Below the pieces are notes generated by a model. That model was not told where the DNA came from, did no database searches, and was given only the letters and a program-made list of their open reading frames with translations. Of a stretch of DNA of 64,000 nt, positions 1 to 13,438 are shown one piece after another (position 1 is the first letter of the stretch; every line of letters starts with the position of its first letter). Source of the DNA: Octopus vulgaris (Eukaryota); NCBI GenBank assembly GCA_951406725.2, contig OX597833.1:11284001-11348000 (forward strand), written 5' to 3'. Made by a program: the position numbers and the translations under genes.

Positions 1-355
1 TGTCAGTGGATATACTCTCCTTTGCAGCAGTGTGCGCTGTGTGTAACACGAACTATCATCGGAAATTTTGACACCTCACGTCGGGTTTGTTGTCCTACAT
101 CACTCATAGAGTAAATTTGGAGGAACTGTGGTTGTTCACTCGCGGGTACCAGAGAACCAATAAGGCGATAGACTTGCCCTTGAACTTTGACGTCGGCGTA
201 AATTCATGTTTATCTATCTTCTTAGATTCACCAAACGATGTCATTTGAAATGCTGAGTTGTATTGTCTGATATTGTTCAGAAAATCCTTTGACCGGATTG
301 AAGCGCCTTCTAGTAAAATTCCTAAGGGGTTGAGATGGTAGTGTTGGCAATGTTA
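1..355 (-). mobile_element. Helitron Rep/Hel relic in intron 1 (copy A)
   Basis: Homologous to 49641..49886 (FLxNIRQYNSAFQMTSFG motif). Confidence 0.65.
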
Positions 356-458
356 ACTGTCCGAATATGTAGTCATCTATTGCATTGTTTTAAGTTCTAA
401 ACGATAATAAATACCCTGAAGTTCTATTTATATGATGCTATTTCTATTTTTTCAACAG

Positions 459-510
459 AACCGTTTCATTTCCAAGAAATCTCTCGACGATAAACCTGAT
501 GACACACCAA
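459..510 (+). CDS. Copy A exon 2 (52 nt stalk exon)
   Basis: caacag|AACCGT...ACACCAA|gtaag; conserved at 15675, 35573 and 53731. Confidence 0.75.
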
Positions 511-1254
511 GTAAGAACTAATTTTATGGCTAAAGTCTTTTACCCGTGTCTCCTTAACCAATGATTTATAATTTCACCAACTTTGAATTAATTCCACATT
601 ACTATCCATATGTCCACAATAATATATACTAAGACACTTGCCTGAATTTATTTTAAACTATGTTCTACTTTACAAGAATTCCCTAAATATAATGTTATTC
701 TAATATACTATGCCATTTATTGAGTGTATATGAGTATATATGCAGTGCTACGTCGAGAATTGTTTCGGTCTGGACGGTTCCACCGAGTGTGCTCTTCGCC
801 GAGTGTCCGAGGCGGCCGGTATGTTCACTGTGAACAAATTAGAGTGCTCAGAGCGAGCCCCACCGGCTTGCATACGAAAAGCATGGAATGCCCTCTTCAT
901 CTGAGAATCAAATTCCCGAGCTGGCACTTCACTGCGTTTATATCTACGATTCAGAAGTCTGTCCACTCTTGTGTTTCCAATCATTCGTGAATAGAGACCC
1001 AAAATAATGATGTTCCACTTTCCTACACAGTGAGTATTTGTCAATCCTGCCTTGGGGTACTCAGCAGCCAACCAATTCAGTGCACGTTGTTGGTGACCAT
1101 CAGACGAATCAGGTAGCAACATGTCGTCTGCAAATAACAGTCGACCGATCACATAGAGATGAATTGGGATACCTCTACCACAATGGCAGCGCATATTCAA
1201 CCAGATCACAAAAAAGAATGTGAGAAGGGGCACTAATAATGCACACTTCAACTA

Positions 1255-1287
<33 letters not shown>

Positions 1288-4200
1288 ATTTGGCTCAAAA
1301 GCAAATAGCAAGGCCATGTAGGGGGACATGGAGTTAAGTACAGGGTGGTGTTCATGTAAAGAGTTCAGGCCACTTGAGGTCCAGGGAGGCTTTGAACAAA
1401 GCGGTCGTTGGCATCTTCACCATCTCATCTGGCAGCTTGTTCCACGGATCCGCAACCCGGACGGAGAAAGCTCCTCTCCTTCGATTGAGATGAAATCGTC
1501 GCAGGTAGAGCTTTTCGGAATGACCCCGCAGCCGACGCTCCGGAGCAGGAGTGAAGAACAGCTCTTTCGAGAGGTTACACTTCCCGCTTATGATGTTGTG
1601 GGCGAGAATGAGATCACCACGGCGGCGGCGTTTTTCAAGAGAAGGTCGAGCGTCCTCAGCCTTTCTTCGTAGGACAAATGTTTGAGACCATGAACCATGC
1701 GGGTAGCCAGCCTCTGGACTCTTTCGAGGTGCTGTATGTCTTTGAGGAGATAAGGAGAAGAGGCTTGAATCCCATACTCCAATATGGGTCTCACCAGCGT
1801 GACATAGAGTGGCAGGAATATGGCTGCTGTGAGCACTCCGAATGACCGTCGAATCAAAAACAGAATTCCGCGCGCTTTGTTGGCAGCATGGACGCACTGG
1901 GCCGAAGGCGAAAAGGAGGAATCCACCAAGATACCCAGGTCCTTTACCTGATCGGTCCTCTCCAGCAGCAGACGACCCGGCCCGAAATCAAGTTGAGTTG
2001 CAGGAGTAGAGCCGACAGGCAGATGACAGCACTTTGACACGTTCAGACACAGGTCCCAATCGTTAGACCACTTCCAAATTTGGTGGAGGCATCGACGAAG
2101 ATCCTCTATACTACCGCGAGGAGCGACCAGTTTGATATCGTCGGCAAATAGAAGGGTGTGTTGCGTGAGGTCGTCGGGCAAGTCATTTATGAAGACTAAG
2201 AACAACAAGGGCCCAAGCACTGAACCTTGAGGCACGCCACTGCTCGCACTGGAGACGTCGGACCGCGAACCATTAACTTGAACTTGGAAGGAGCGATCTG
2301 AGAGGAAGGCACCAACCCATCGTACAATATCCGGATGGAAACTATATGCTTGAAGCTTGACAAGTAGTAGGCGGTGGTTTACCGAGTCAAAAGCTTTGGC
2401 AAAGTCCAATAAAACGATGTCAACAGCATCACTATCATCGAGGATGCGCGTCACCAATTCTTCCATTACTAGTAAGTTGGTCAAGCATGATCTCTTCGGC
2501 ATGAAGCCGTGTTGGGAATCAGTGATCGAGGCTGTGCTTAGGAGGTGGAGCATCATACTTTTCTTAAGGATGGTTTCGAACATCTTGCTGATTATTGATG
2601 TAAGGGAAACCGGTCGGTAGTTAAGCGGGTCTTCGCGGCTCCCTTTCTTGAAAATTGGGCAGATTATCGCTGTTCTCCAGTCTGCAGGTATAACACCCGT
2701 CGCCAATGACATATTGAATAGTCGTGTTAAGGGCTCGCAGATGACCGGAGCCAACGCTTTGATAACCCGTGGGTGTATGCCGTCAGGGCCGTGACCCTTG
2801 TTGACATCGAGGCCTTGAATAACACGTTTGACTTGGTCCCGCGTGATGATCAATCGAAGCATTGGAGGTACCGATCTATCAAATGGAGGGGGTTCACGAC
2901 CATCATCTTGTTTGAAAATAGTTGAAAAAGCCTCGGTAAATAATTGACTCTGTTGATAAGGGTCCTCAATCGATACGCCTGTTGAGTCTACCAATGTTAC
3001 AATCTGGTTGTTCAAGCGGGAATTCCGCTGGACATGGGCAAAGAAGGTTTTTGGATTGCTACTGGCATTTGCCGCGATTTTGTATTCATAACTGAAGCGT
3101 TCTTTCTTTTCAATTTTCACGGCTTGGTCTCGTTGAGTTTTGTACACCTCAAAAGCTGCAGTCGAATCCAGATTTTTGAATTCAGCCCAAGCAATATCTC
3201 TGAGTCGACGTTCTCGTTTAACCTTCTTCGTCACCCAGGGCTTGTGTTTCTTCCTCTTGGGAAGTCCAACGGGAACTGCCTGGTCAGTCAAACAGATTAC
3301 ATATGCTTTGAGGGATGACCATAGTTCGTCAACTGAGGACAACGTCATCAGGGAACGCCAGTCCAGAAGCGCGGAAGCCTCGGTTAGAATTTCAAGATTA
3401 ATTGCAGAGAAGACTCTACGTGGCAGCGAAGTAATCGTGGGCGTGGAAAAAGTTGTGTGCATGACGAACTTCAGGACCGCATGATCACTCTTGGCAAGAG
3501 GGGCGTACACAGATACGTCTGACACTGATCTTGGATAGCGGGAGAATACCAGATCTAGCATAGATGGCTGCTGCCCAGACCGATGCCTTGTCGGATATTC
3601 AACATGTTGCGATAGAAAACAATCTTCAGCCACGTCAAGAAGGGCCTGGCCGAACCGGGAAGATGTTGTACAAATTGATGCGGGCCAATCGATCATGGGA
3701 GCGTTGAAGTCGCCTAGTACCAAGCAGTCATGCGAAGCTGAAACGAATCTTATCGCCTCGAGTAGATGAGCATCGTCCTGGGGGGTCGGCTAGAGGCGGC
3801 CTGTAGACAGCCAACACGGGCAGGCAAAACTCAGATAGGCTCAGCTTGCAATAGACGGCATCGAATTTGGTTGTAGGTTGAGCATTTGTGGGTAGAATAC
3901 CGCAGGACGGTTTGTGATCAGACTTAACATACACAGCAACACCTCCACCTCGCCTTTTTCCTCTGTCACATCTGAAAAGGACGTAGCCCTGCAGGTGGAT
4001 CTCTGAGTCCTTTACTGCTGGAGTCAGCCAAGTCTCGGTGATAGCTATCACATCAGGGGAGTCGCGTAGGGCCAGTGTAAATAGTTCACTGAAATTTGGG
4101 AATAAGGAGCACGAGTTGGTGTAGACGATGCTGAGCTGAAACCTTCTCGTTGAAAACTTTCGACTTTTACATAAATACAATCATTTGAACATCCATATAA

Positions 4201-7200
4201 GTACTTTATGTCAACAAGTATTTGCCCAGTAAACTCACCTTCCTGGTAAACCATCCACAACATGCCTCAGGGCACGTGATCATGTGCCTTTCCGTGGTTT
4301 ACAGCGTATTCCCCTTGGAAATGCTTCAACGTTTACTGGAAGATCTGTCTTTGAATGACTCTCTGGTCGGGTGTACTGTGTCCCGGACAGTAACCTTTAG
4401 CACGACAATTTCCCTACATATCGTTTCCTGACATCTAGTGTAGACTTTTCTATAATTAGAACACACTCATTGGTCTTTGTTTGAAGAAATTGTGATTGTC
4501 ACCCCATATTACCATTGCCTTGGTGTTTTTCCAGAGGTCTCATCCACCTAGCGTACATGGGTCACTCAGAGAATACCATCTGTATTTAAGGCTTCTAAAA
4601 TATCAAACCGAACGTGCTTTTCACAAGCAGCTTTATCACTTTTAAGTGAGTTTAGCTCAAATTAGCGTTCAAACGAAGAAGAACCTGCCGAAAAAAATAA
4701 TACAATCACAAATCCATTTCGATGTCCAACTTAATTCAGGAGGGTCACTCTCAATTTGGATGCAAAAGTCTCCACATTTTTGTTTCTGATCCCAGCATCC
4801 ACGGCTTACCAATTTCCAGTGTTCGGCAGACTGTAGGAATTTTCAGGTTTTCAGACACAAACGTTCAGCAAAGAGTGAAAGATGACCGAAATCTATCAGA
4901 AACCTCTGTCACCAAGTTTTTCTATACCAGGCACCCTTATAAATATCCCTGTCTTAAAATAATATCTTTACCATAGAGAGGACAGTGTGTATCCTGCACA
5001 GAAGTCTGCTATGACCTGTCCATTAAGTTCACTGACGACATTCCTTCCAATCAACCCTTCTCACGGTTATCAGTGCCAAGGTGTGCACCGAAGTCTCCTT
5101 GCAGGACAAATGACTTTGCCCCAAATATATCTAAAGCTGAGGTGAATTTGCCTAGGAAGGATTTGTATTTGACCCAGCTGTTTGCTGCATATACTTTCAA
5201 CAGCCACAGTGGTCTTTCATATTCAGCCTTAGTTTCAAGAGGTGAACCCTCACACCTAGTAGGTTTCACTCCATAATACAATCCGAAAGCTGGGGATTGA
5301 GAGTATCCTAATCCCACCTGTGCAGATATTGTTGGCACCACAGTTGCGTTGTGGAGTTTCAAGCCTATATCCAGGTGTACGCTATCGGAGAAACGAAATT
5401 TTGTAGAGGAGACACCGATTATATCTTACAGGCAGATTATATCTAACAATTCAGACAGTTAAATTCTCAATTATTAAAGGTTGTTCCCTTCTTGATCTGC
5501 TTTGGTTTCCTGAGACCGTCAATTTTGTGCTCCTAGCCTACGCACCCCAGATCAATTTGCAGGCTTCTTGCTGGTTGCACCGGTATTGGGTGGGTTGTGC
5601 TATACATTTATCGAACGGACTCCTTTACTCGAGATCCGGATGCGATGTCTTTTAACTAAATCGACAAATGATGCGGTATGGTTGTTATTTTCATATTGTA
5701 GTTATGATGGCCTTATTTGCGCCGAGCTCCAAACTGATATTTCTAATTGACCGATGAATATTCGCAACTGGCGAATATTTTATCAATATTCTATTGAGTT
5801 TTATCATAATTCTATTGAGAAGTATATATACTCATACCCAAGTTTACGTATCATACATACATCCGTTCATAGCGGAGACCGATACACATTCTGATATTCT
5901 GAGATTAATCTCTCAAGTCTTTGACATCAACGTCAACAACAGGCTCAACAGACAAATGTCTTTTTTCTTTCTTTACAATTTATTCTTATTATTTACATCT
6001 TTCGTTCTGACTTTCATTCATTCACTCGTTCTTTCTTAACTTCTATATTTCTCTCTTCTCCATCAATTCCTTCCCATCCAACAATCTACTTTGTAAATGA
6101 ACCCCCAATTCTTTCTTTTAAACTACTTTACTTCATTTTAATATCACAGAACCTGGTCTCGGATCATTGTATACCCGGTGGGGCAGAACAACTTGTCCTC
6201 CTTATTCAAAACTTGTATATGACGGTTAGTATACTTTATATTTCTCACCTCTCATCCTCTTTTTGTCTTTCTCTTGTTCTCTTTTTATACCTCTCATTCT
6301 CTCTTTTTGTTGCCTCTCTTTCACTCTCACCCTCTCTCTCACGCACACGCACACACACTCACCCTTTGTCGGGTTGTCTGACATAAACATTCTCAAATCC
6401 TCTTATGATATGTCACGTTTCAAACGTCTATACCTGTAGACTATACAGACACTACATAAGACTGCTTACTCCTTTGTAGGTATTTGGTCAAATCAGAATA
6501 TTATATGTTGTGTACTACGGACATAGTGAAAAGGATGTTGTCTAACTACAGAATATAGATATCTCTACGTTAAATTATAGACAGGGGCTGGACTGAAAAC
6601 CACCTAGGCGATCAAGATTTTCAGGCTGACCAGCTTTGGATTGTAGATATGAAATACCGAGGCTGCTAACTGGTGATCAATTGTACAGGCTACGGATGGT
6701 GGTATTGTACGTGAGTAACCAGAGTTGAAAAGTGGCCACTTGACTATCTTTAACTAGAGTGCCCAATGATCGTAGGTGTGGGCTAAATTGAATAGAGTCT
6801 ATTAGAATTGATGACAGTGACTGTAAATGGTTAATGGAATGAACGCACAATGTAGAATGAGGACTGGACAAGCCACATACTGTAACTGATGGAAAAAGCT
6901 AAGGACTTTATTCATTAAGTAAAATAGAGAGAGACTAAATATTAGTGAGAGAACACAACAGAGTACAGAATGCACTTCTATTCATCTCCGCCTCACCGAA
7001 ATCGTCCTATCGCTAAAACATTGCTCTTTTCATGCACCACATCACCTCATTAATTATCCAGTATATCTTTGTAAGGTAATTACGACACTTCCAATTCAAA
7101 ACTGCTGCTACAAACCACTACCGCAATGAACCTCACATTCCATTAAAATGCTCTGAATCTACTCTTTATAAAACCTACACATATCCTTTATCGGTCGCTC

Positions 7201-7607
7201 ACTTAAGCACTACGCCATCACTGAACCTCTCAATTTTTCCTCCCACCTCTTTCTGTGTATTGCATGAAAACAAGTCTGTGTGATCATAACGTCTATGTAA
7301 GCCTGATTCTTCCGAGTCTAAACGAGAGGTTTAGCCACCGACTCTCGTATGATCGACTAAACAACATTTCATCGACGGTTACCCACCACTTCTCTGCATC
7401 TCGTCGTCTCCCGTATTGTCCTACTCAAACCACCAACAATTTCCACCATCCAAATTATCCCCGTTCACACGTGAACATCTTTTCCATTTCGGATAAACAC
7501 GAGTGCATGCGTTATAAAATATCTTTCTTTTTCTCCATCTATATATATAATTGGATTTGCATGAAACAAGCGTACCGCATTACATCTGGAGATCATTGAT
7601 GCTTCTT

Positions 7608-7651
<44 letters not shown>

Positions 7652-8368
7652 GTACATATGATGACAAGGCAAATGCACAGATACGTTCTCAAGCATTCAG
7701 CAACACACAGCTTACACTTACATAAACACTAATATATACACCACAATTCGTTCACACACGACTAAACATGACTCCTTTTAAGGGTCAATTTGTAATGAAT
7801 ATTTCCGTTATTTCATATATAATTTTGCTTAACATCTTTTTTACTTGATTTATTCTTACCAATTCAAGGTGTGGCTGGTGGACAATTTTATTCTCATACT
7901 GGTGGCGGAAGTAATCTCTTGTGTCTACCCAACGACCCCATTTGGGCCAATTATACGACAGGAGATACAAATAGTGCTTACATTTATGGCAGTGAATATC
8001 AACTGGAAGTATACCCAACAAATAAACTCTTTTCTTTTGCTAACGCTGAATCAATTCATGATCACAACGTTCCGTGCGCTGTCTGTTTGACACGACAACC
8101 TGCTGTTGTTATGATGTTACCAGCCAGGACAAAGTGTTACGACGGTTGGACAGCTGAGTATTCGGGATATTTGATGTCCGGTCATTACGGGCATAAAGGC
8201 AAACTTGAATATGTGTGTGTGGACTATGCACCAGAAGCTGATCCAGCGGGTTACAGAAACGAAGAGGGAGCTCTACTGTATTTCGTTCAAGCTGCTTGTG
8301 GTTCATTGCCATGTCCACCGTATGTCAATGTTCGAGAATTAACCTGCATTGTGTGCAGTAAATATTGA
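459..8368 (+). CDS. Copy A (5'-partial): short-chain collagen C4 / NC1-like domain protein; exons 459-510, 6150-6224, 7869-8368; exon 1 lies upstream of the window
   Basis: AG/GT boundaries with compatible phases (0/1/1). Spliced translation NRFISKKSLDDKPDDTP-KPGLGSLYTRWGRTTCPPYSKLVYDG-VAGGQFYSHTGGGSNLLCLP...ELTCIVCSKY*. YTRWGRxxCP, GGGSNxLCLP, HNVPCAVC and ELTCxVC are hallmark motifs of the short-chain collagen C4 family. Confidence 0.85.
750..5750 (-). mobile_element. Old degenerate RTE-clade (Rex3/Expander-like) LINE in intron 2, interrupted by the CR1 insertion
   Basis: Fragments LLFADD, HVPWG(M)LxMVY, VCSNYR and LQGDFGAHLG lie in EN-RT order on the minus strand with many stops and frameshifts. 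Confidence 0.7.
1257..4136 (-). mobile_element. Young 5'-truncated CR1-type LINE (APE endonuclease + RT ORF2, two frameshifts, (CTAA)n tail)
   Basis: EN motifs ITETWL, GGGVA, VYRPP, GDFNAP, SDH; RT motifs QHGF, DFAKAFDSV, GVPQGSVLGP, LFADD; C-terminal LEKRRRRGDLI; (ttag)n at 1257-1287; paralogs show the empty site actaag|tgaaacc. Confidence 0.93.
6150..6224 (+). CDS. Copy A exon 3 (75 nt, start of C4-like domain)
   Basis: cacag|AACCTGG...GACG|gttag; encodes GSLYTRWGRTTCPPYSKLVYDG. Confidence 0.88.
7869..8368 (+). CDS. Copy A exon 4 (500 nt, C4-like domain core, stop codon)
   Basis: ORF 7871..8368; acceptor ttcaag|GT. Confidence 0.92.
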
Positions 8369-10029
8369 ATAGAAATTTACATTCGTTTCTATATGAAAAT
8401 TTATGTCGGCGAATCATAAAATATAATATAATAGAGCAACATATACGTTTCTTGTAATTGTGTTTTGCAATATTTATCCAACTAATATATGTCGTTAAAT
8501 AAATTGCTGCTACAAGTTTTCAGAAAATATTCAAAACGAAACAACAGAGACGTCATAGAATGTGACAAATAGCTTAACAGAACGATGTAATCCTCAGGGA
8601 ATGATTCTAGAATACATTGTATGAGGTTCAGTTTATCAAATTTAAATTTTGAAATAAAATGATGATTCGTTTAAATGTGTGTTGTATTCCGTCTTAAAAT
8701 GAAAACAATCCCCAAATGAAACACATCCGTACAAATATATCACCCTTTCATGATCAATCTTCAGAAAACACGGTAAAAGCTTATAACTAACATCACTAAA
8801 TCATGATGGGTTAGTAAAAAACAACTCACATACGTATCATTGTAACTACAATCGATGCGATGAAAGCTCTGCAATCCAATCGCGGATATTACCAAATAAA
8901 GGATATTTGATATCCGCTGAAGAACTACCACAAAATGTTAACTACCTAACTACTTGTCAGGTGTTTCACGAAACTCTTTCGACAAGGGTACAAGTACACG
9001 TCCCACGATTAACTATTTTCAACCTACATTCAAATATTCCCACTCTTCTACAAAAATCACACACACACAACCTCGCGTCACATTACACACGCAGCCTCTC
9101 ATCGTTCCCTGAAAACTGATGTGCCAAAATAAAATGTGAAACCACCAAGAAATATGAGTAGACTTCAGGAACAGCATCAACCGAATCTACAGCAACACCA
9201 CAAAACATCGAGTTCAACAAATTATCTCCGTCTGTAACATAAAACTATCAAACTCGCAGAAGAGGAACTTGCTTCGAGATACATGCATACAATAACTGTA
9301 ACACACATAAACGACTTAGTAAAGAAAGGAACACCACTTATAAAATATACATTAGGTGGAATCAGTGCAACATGTTGAGTCTTTCACACTCTACCCAGCA
9401 TGATTGCTCCTTGTATGTGGGAGTTTGTAGAATGGCTGCCAGATAAACGAAGGTATCCGTGGAAAGAGGGATCTGTGGGTGGCAGCACGCGTTTTGTCCG
9501 ATTAATTGCGTGCCATAAGAATGCTCGATTGTGAAAAGGCTAGAGAAAAAGAATAATAATTAAGTAATATGAAAGCACGAAATGCAGACTGACAAATGAA
9601 TATATGGAAACATTCAACATGGCGTTTCCAGTGAACAGTATTAGCGCTCAGTATTAGGCATAAGCAATTTTTAGGTTCGTTAAAATGTGCTAATGGCATA
9701 TTTCAAACTCTAAAGGCAAATTCAGTGCAAAAAGCTACAAATAGAGCATATTAGTGCAGTGCTGCTCCCTATCGGGTTCCAGTTCAGCCGTTATCAAAAG
9801 AAAATACCGAAGAGGGGAATATCTGGACAAACTTAAGGCCATAGCTTTAACTTAAACATAATCAACAACAACGAGTAAGTTAGGCCATTAGAGCGCCAGG
9901 CTGGAGTCTGTCGTGAGTTACCTACCTTCGGTATTTCTCTTTGATAAATACTTCGCTAGAGGAGTTGACTTCAACCTTGTGCCCCAACAGTAACTGCGGT
10001 CGCTCGTGAGTGCCCGCATTTTCCCGCAT

Positions 10030-10297
10030 GTGTGTGTGTGTGTGTCAGTATGTGTGTGTGTGTGTGTGTGTGTTTGTATCATTGTGTGTGTGTATGTGTC
10101 AGTGTGTGTGTGTGTCAGTGTATGTGTGTGTGTGTGTCAGTGTCTGTGTGTGTGTGTCTGTGTGTTTATGTTTGTATGCTTGAATGTGTGTCTGTGTGTG
10201 TCAGTGTGCGTTTGTCAGTTTGTGTGTGTGTCAGTGTGTGTGTGCGTGTTTCTGTGTGTGTGTGTGTGTGTGTGTGTCAGTGAGTGTTTGTGTGTCA

Positions 10298-10344
<47 letters not shown>

Positions 10345-10580
10345 AGTTTTGTGTGTGTGTATGTGTGTGTGCGTGTCAGTTTGTGTGTGTGTGTATGTGT
10401 TTGTGTGTGTCAGTGTGTGTGTGTGTATGTATGTCAGTGTGTACGTGTGTATGAGTGTCAGTGTGTGTGTGTGTGTGTTTGAGTCAGGGTGTGTATGTGT
10501 GTGTGAGTGTGTGTGTGTGTGTGTGTGTTAGTGTTTGTGTGTGTCAGTGTGTGTGTTTGTCAGTGTGTGTGTGTGTTTCT
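10030..10580. repeat. Compound (GT)n / gtgtcagt microsatellite upstream of copy B
   Basis: Visible directly. Confidence 0.95.
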
Positions 10581-10799
10581 GTGGATTCGTCTGTTGAACG
10601 AAATACTTCCCACACTGAATATTAAAACAGTTTCCCAAGAATAACAAATAAAATTAATTAACAACATTAGTAAATAAATATATCTTAATATATCCAGAAA
10701 TAGGAATCATTTCACTTTACACGTGTCTCTCATTCATCAAAATATTTTGCTAATTATTGTGTGACAATATCAAACCATCTCTTTCCAATAATTAAACCT

Positions 10800-10935
10800 G
10801 TCAGACAAGTTCACACCCACTTTTACAGTTCCACCAATCGCATTGGTTCATAAATTTACGATAAGATCTATGCCAGAGCTGGGTTGTTGTGCGCTCAATA
10901 AATACGTGGAATTCAGTTACAGGTCTTCAGCTTAA
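10800..10935 (+). promoter_or_regulatory. Putative core promoter of copy B (homologues at ~30415-30545 and ~45915-46050)
   Basis: Conserved acaagttcacaccca element, CCAAT/ATTGG boxes, AATAAATA and a TCAGTT Inr-like motif shortly upstream of the ATG; conserved across paralogs. Confidence 0.45.
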
Positions 10936-11002
10936 ACCTCGCATCTCGATCTTTTGTTGAAGCCACACGAAGTATCACGTACGACCGACAACTGTCACCA
11001 GA

Positions 11003-11146
11003 ATGGATTTCGCACAACTGTCCAGGAATATTTCGCAGCGTTATTCCATTTCTTCTCTCATAGCTTTTGGGGTTCTTCTCGTTCTGACGATCGTGATTCT
11101 TCATCAAGATTCAAGAATAGGAAAAATGGAAGAGAAATCGAAAACG
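11003..11146 (+). CDS. Copy B exon 1 (48 aa, hydrophobic signal-anchor)
   Basis: MDFAQLSRNISQRYSISSLIAFGVLLVLTIVILHQDSRIGKMEEKSKT|gtaagt; same length at 30611 and 46120. Confidence 0.8.
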
Positions 11147-11571
11147 GTAAGTCATGGATTTTGTGTTAATATATGTATATCTTTATGTATTTATATATGC
11201 ATGTATGTATGTATGCATTTACGTATGTATTAATATGTGGATGTATGTACGTACCGATGGATGGATGGATGTAAGGATGTATGCATGAATCACGTACATA
11301 TGTTCCTATGGAGCACACACACACACATAAGATCACACACGTAATCACACACGAACACACAGGCGCACACACCTAAACATACATATATATACATATACGC
11401 ATATTTGTATATATAATATACATATATATGTATATATAAATATACATATATATGAATATATTAGTGCGTGAACATATATAGATATATATATACAAACAAT
11501 ATATGCGTGTGTGTATCTATCACTGTATCTCTCTGTCTATCTCTCTCTCTCTCTCTCTCTCTCTATTTATC

Positions 11572-11602
<31 letters not shown>

Positions 11603-11629
11603 GTGTGTGTGTTTGTATATAAATATATT

Positions 11630-11830
11630 CTTTTACCCGTTTCAGTCATTTGACTGCGGCCATGCTAGAGCACTGCGTTTAGTAGGACAAGTCGAATTCA
11701 GGAATTATTCTTTGTAAGCCTATTGCTCATTCTATCGTAACCTCTAGTCAAACCGCTATGTAAAGGGGACGTAAACACACCGACATCAGTTGAGAATCGA
11801 TAGTGGTGCGACAATAAAAGACACATATAT
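11630..11830 (-). mobile_element. SINE 3' part (homologous copy at ~46765-46960)
   Basis: tttcagtcatttgactgcggccatgct... same family as 32385-32780. Confidence 0.7.
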
Positions 11831-11959
11831 AAAACATAGATACATACAAACTATGTGTGCTATACACACAAACACACACATACATCTATATATATATATA
11901 TATATACATATCATACATACATACACACATATATAGTTACGTATGTATGTACATACATA

Positions 11960-12141
<182 letters not shown>

Positions 12142-12737
12142 CACACATCCTAAGTAAACACAAAGAAGGGTGGAATTGTACTCCTGTCCGATCGCTCTTC
12201 CACCAGACATAATCCTGGAGAGGGAAATAAGTGCGTAATGAAAAAAATCTAATGTTGGGGTTCTAGCATGGCCATGCCCTGTCGCTGCAACGTTTAGCCC
12301 TGTAAATATTAGTGTTAAGTATTATATCTAGATGTACACTTACACACACGCACAGAAACAGACACATACAAACACACGCACACGCACACATAGGAATACG
12401 TACATATTTACACACATTTATCTATTTCTCTCCATCGGGAACGGAAGTGAGGCGAGTTTTTTTTAATCTTTTCTTTCCAACTGAAAATAAAACGTGCGAG
12501 TGCCAATGTAGATCGGTGAATTTCGTAATGTTTGACTGTAATTCACGTTGGTTTCTATATATGACAATATGTAAGAACGAATGTAAACACATACACACAG
12601 ACACACGTACAAACACACGCACACAGACACACGTGCTCAATTGTACACGAACAATCACACTATACAGTGTATGTCCACTCACATATATGTGTGCGTTTGT
12701 GTGTGTGTATGCGTATAAGTAGATATGTATATATATA

Positions 12738-13322
12738 CTAGCAGTATCGCCCGCCGTTGCTCGGGTTTGTAAGGGAAATAACTATATAAGCATTTTTAGA
12801 GAGTTACTTCCCTTATAGATGCCAATTCGGGTTTTCTTAGCCATTTCTGTTTTGGTGTCTTCAAGCCATGAAGTCGTTGTTCTAAAAGAACGCTGGTCTC
12901 CTTGACAACGCATTACGACGTTGATTTCCTTACACTCCCTTCCCCACAGCTTCATGAGGGAGGGAAGAGGGGGGAGAAGCAAACACAGATGCAGGTGTTT
13001 GAGCGTGGACGACAACTGTAATTGTGTAATTTTTCGTGTGTCGATGGTGGTGGAGTTGGCGTCACACCTGCACCTGTTTGCTTCTCCCCCTTCTTCCCTC
13101 CCTCGTGAAGCTGTGGGGACGGGAGTGTAAGGAAATCAACGTCGTAAAGCGTTGTCAAGGAGACCACCGTTCTTTTAGAACAACGACTTCATGGCTTGAA
13201 GACACCAAAACAGAAATGGCTAAGAAAGCCCGAATTGGCATCTATAAGGGAAGTAACTCTCTAAAAATGCTTATATAGTTATTTCCCTTGAAAACCCGAG
13301 CAACGCCGGGCGATACTGCTAG
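12738..13322. mobile_element. 585-bp palindromic element with Helitron-like 3' ends (hairpin + CTAG) at both termini
   Basis: ~255-bp inverted arms; ctagcagtatcgcccg... / ...cgggcgatactgctag; inserted between A and T with no TSD (empty site acgtata|tttgtgat at ~34270 and ~47917). Confidence 0.75.
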
Positions 13323-13359
13323 TTTGTGATATTTATGTGTATACCTGTATATTGATATG

Positions 13360-13433
<74 letters not shown>

Positions 13434-13438
13434 TGTGT

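Noticed and set aside
459-510. Possible furin shedding site in the stalk (NRFISKK)
   Set aside because: It does not match R-X-K/R-R; only a KK pair is present.
748-1251. Repeated 167-aa minus-strand ORF MKCALLVPLL... (also 15916, 35860, 49958) resembling a conserved secreted protein
   Set aside because: It is the decayed RT region (LLFADD) of the shared RTE relic; conservation reflects recent segmental duplication, and the copies end at different points.
1352-8368. Reverse transcriptase next to a hypervariable domain, suggesting a diversity-generating retroelement
   Set aside because: The RT is an ordinary CR1-type LINE ORF2 present in one copy only; there is no template/variable repeat pair and no evident adenine-specific substitution pattern.
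9790-9948. Imperfect ~22-bp inverted repeat (ttatcaaaagaaaataccgaag / cttcggtatttctctttgataa)
   Set aside because: Short, single occurrence with no TSD or family evidence in the window.
10913-11169. Alternative-frame and antisense ORFs over exon 1 and exon 4 (e.g. 10954..11169, 8109..8318)
   Set aside because: Shadows of the real exons; only the chosen frame splices in phase.
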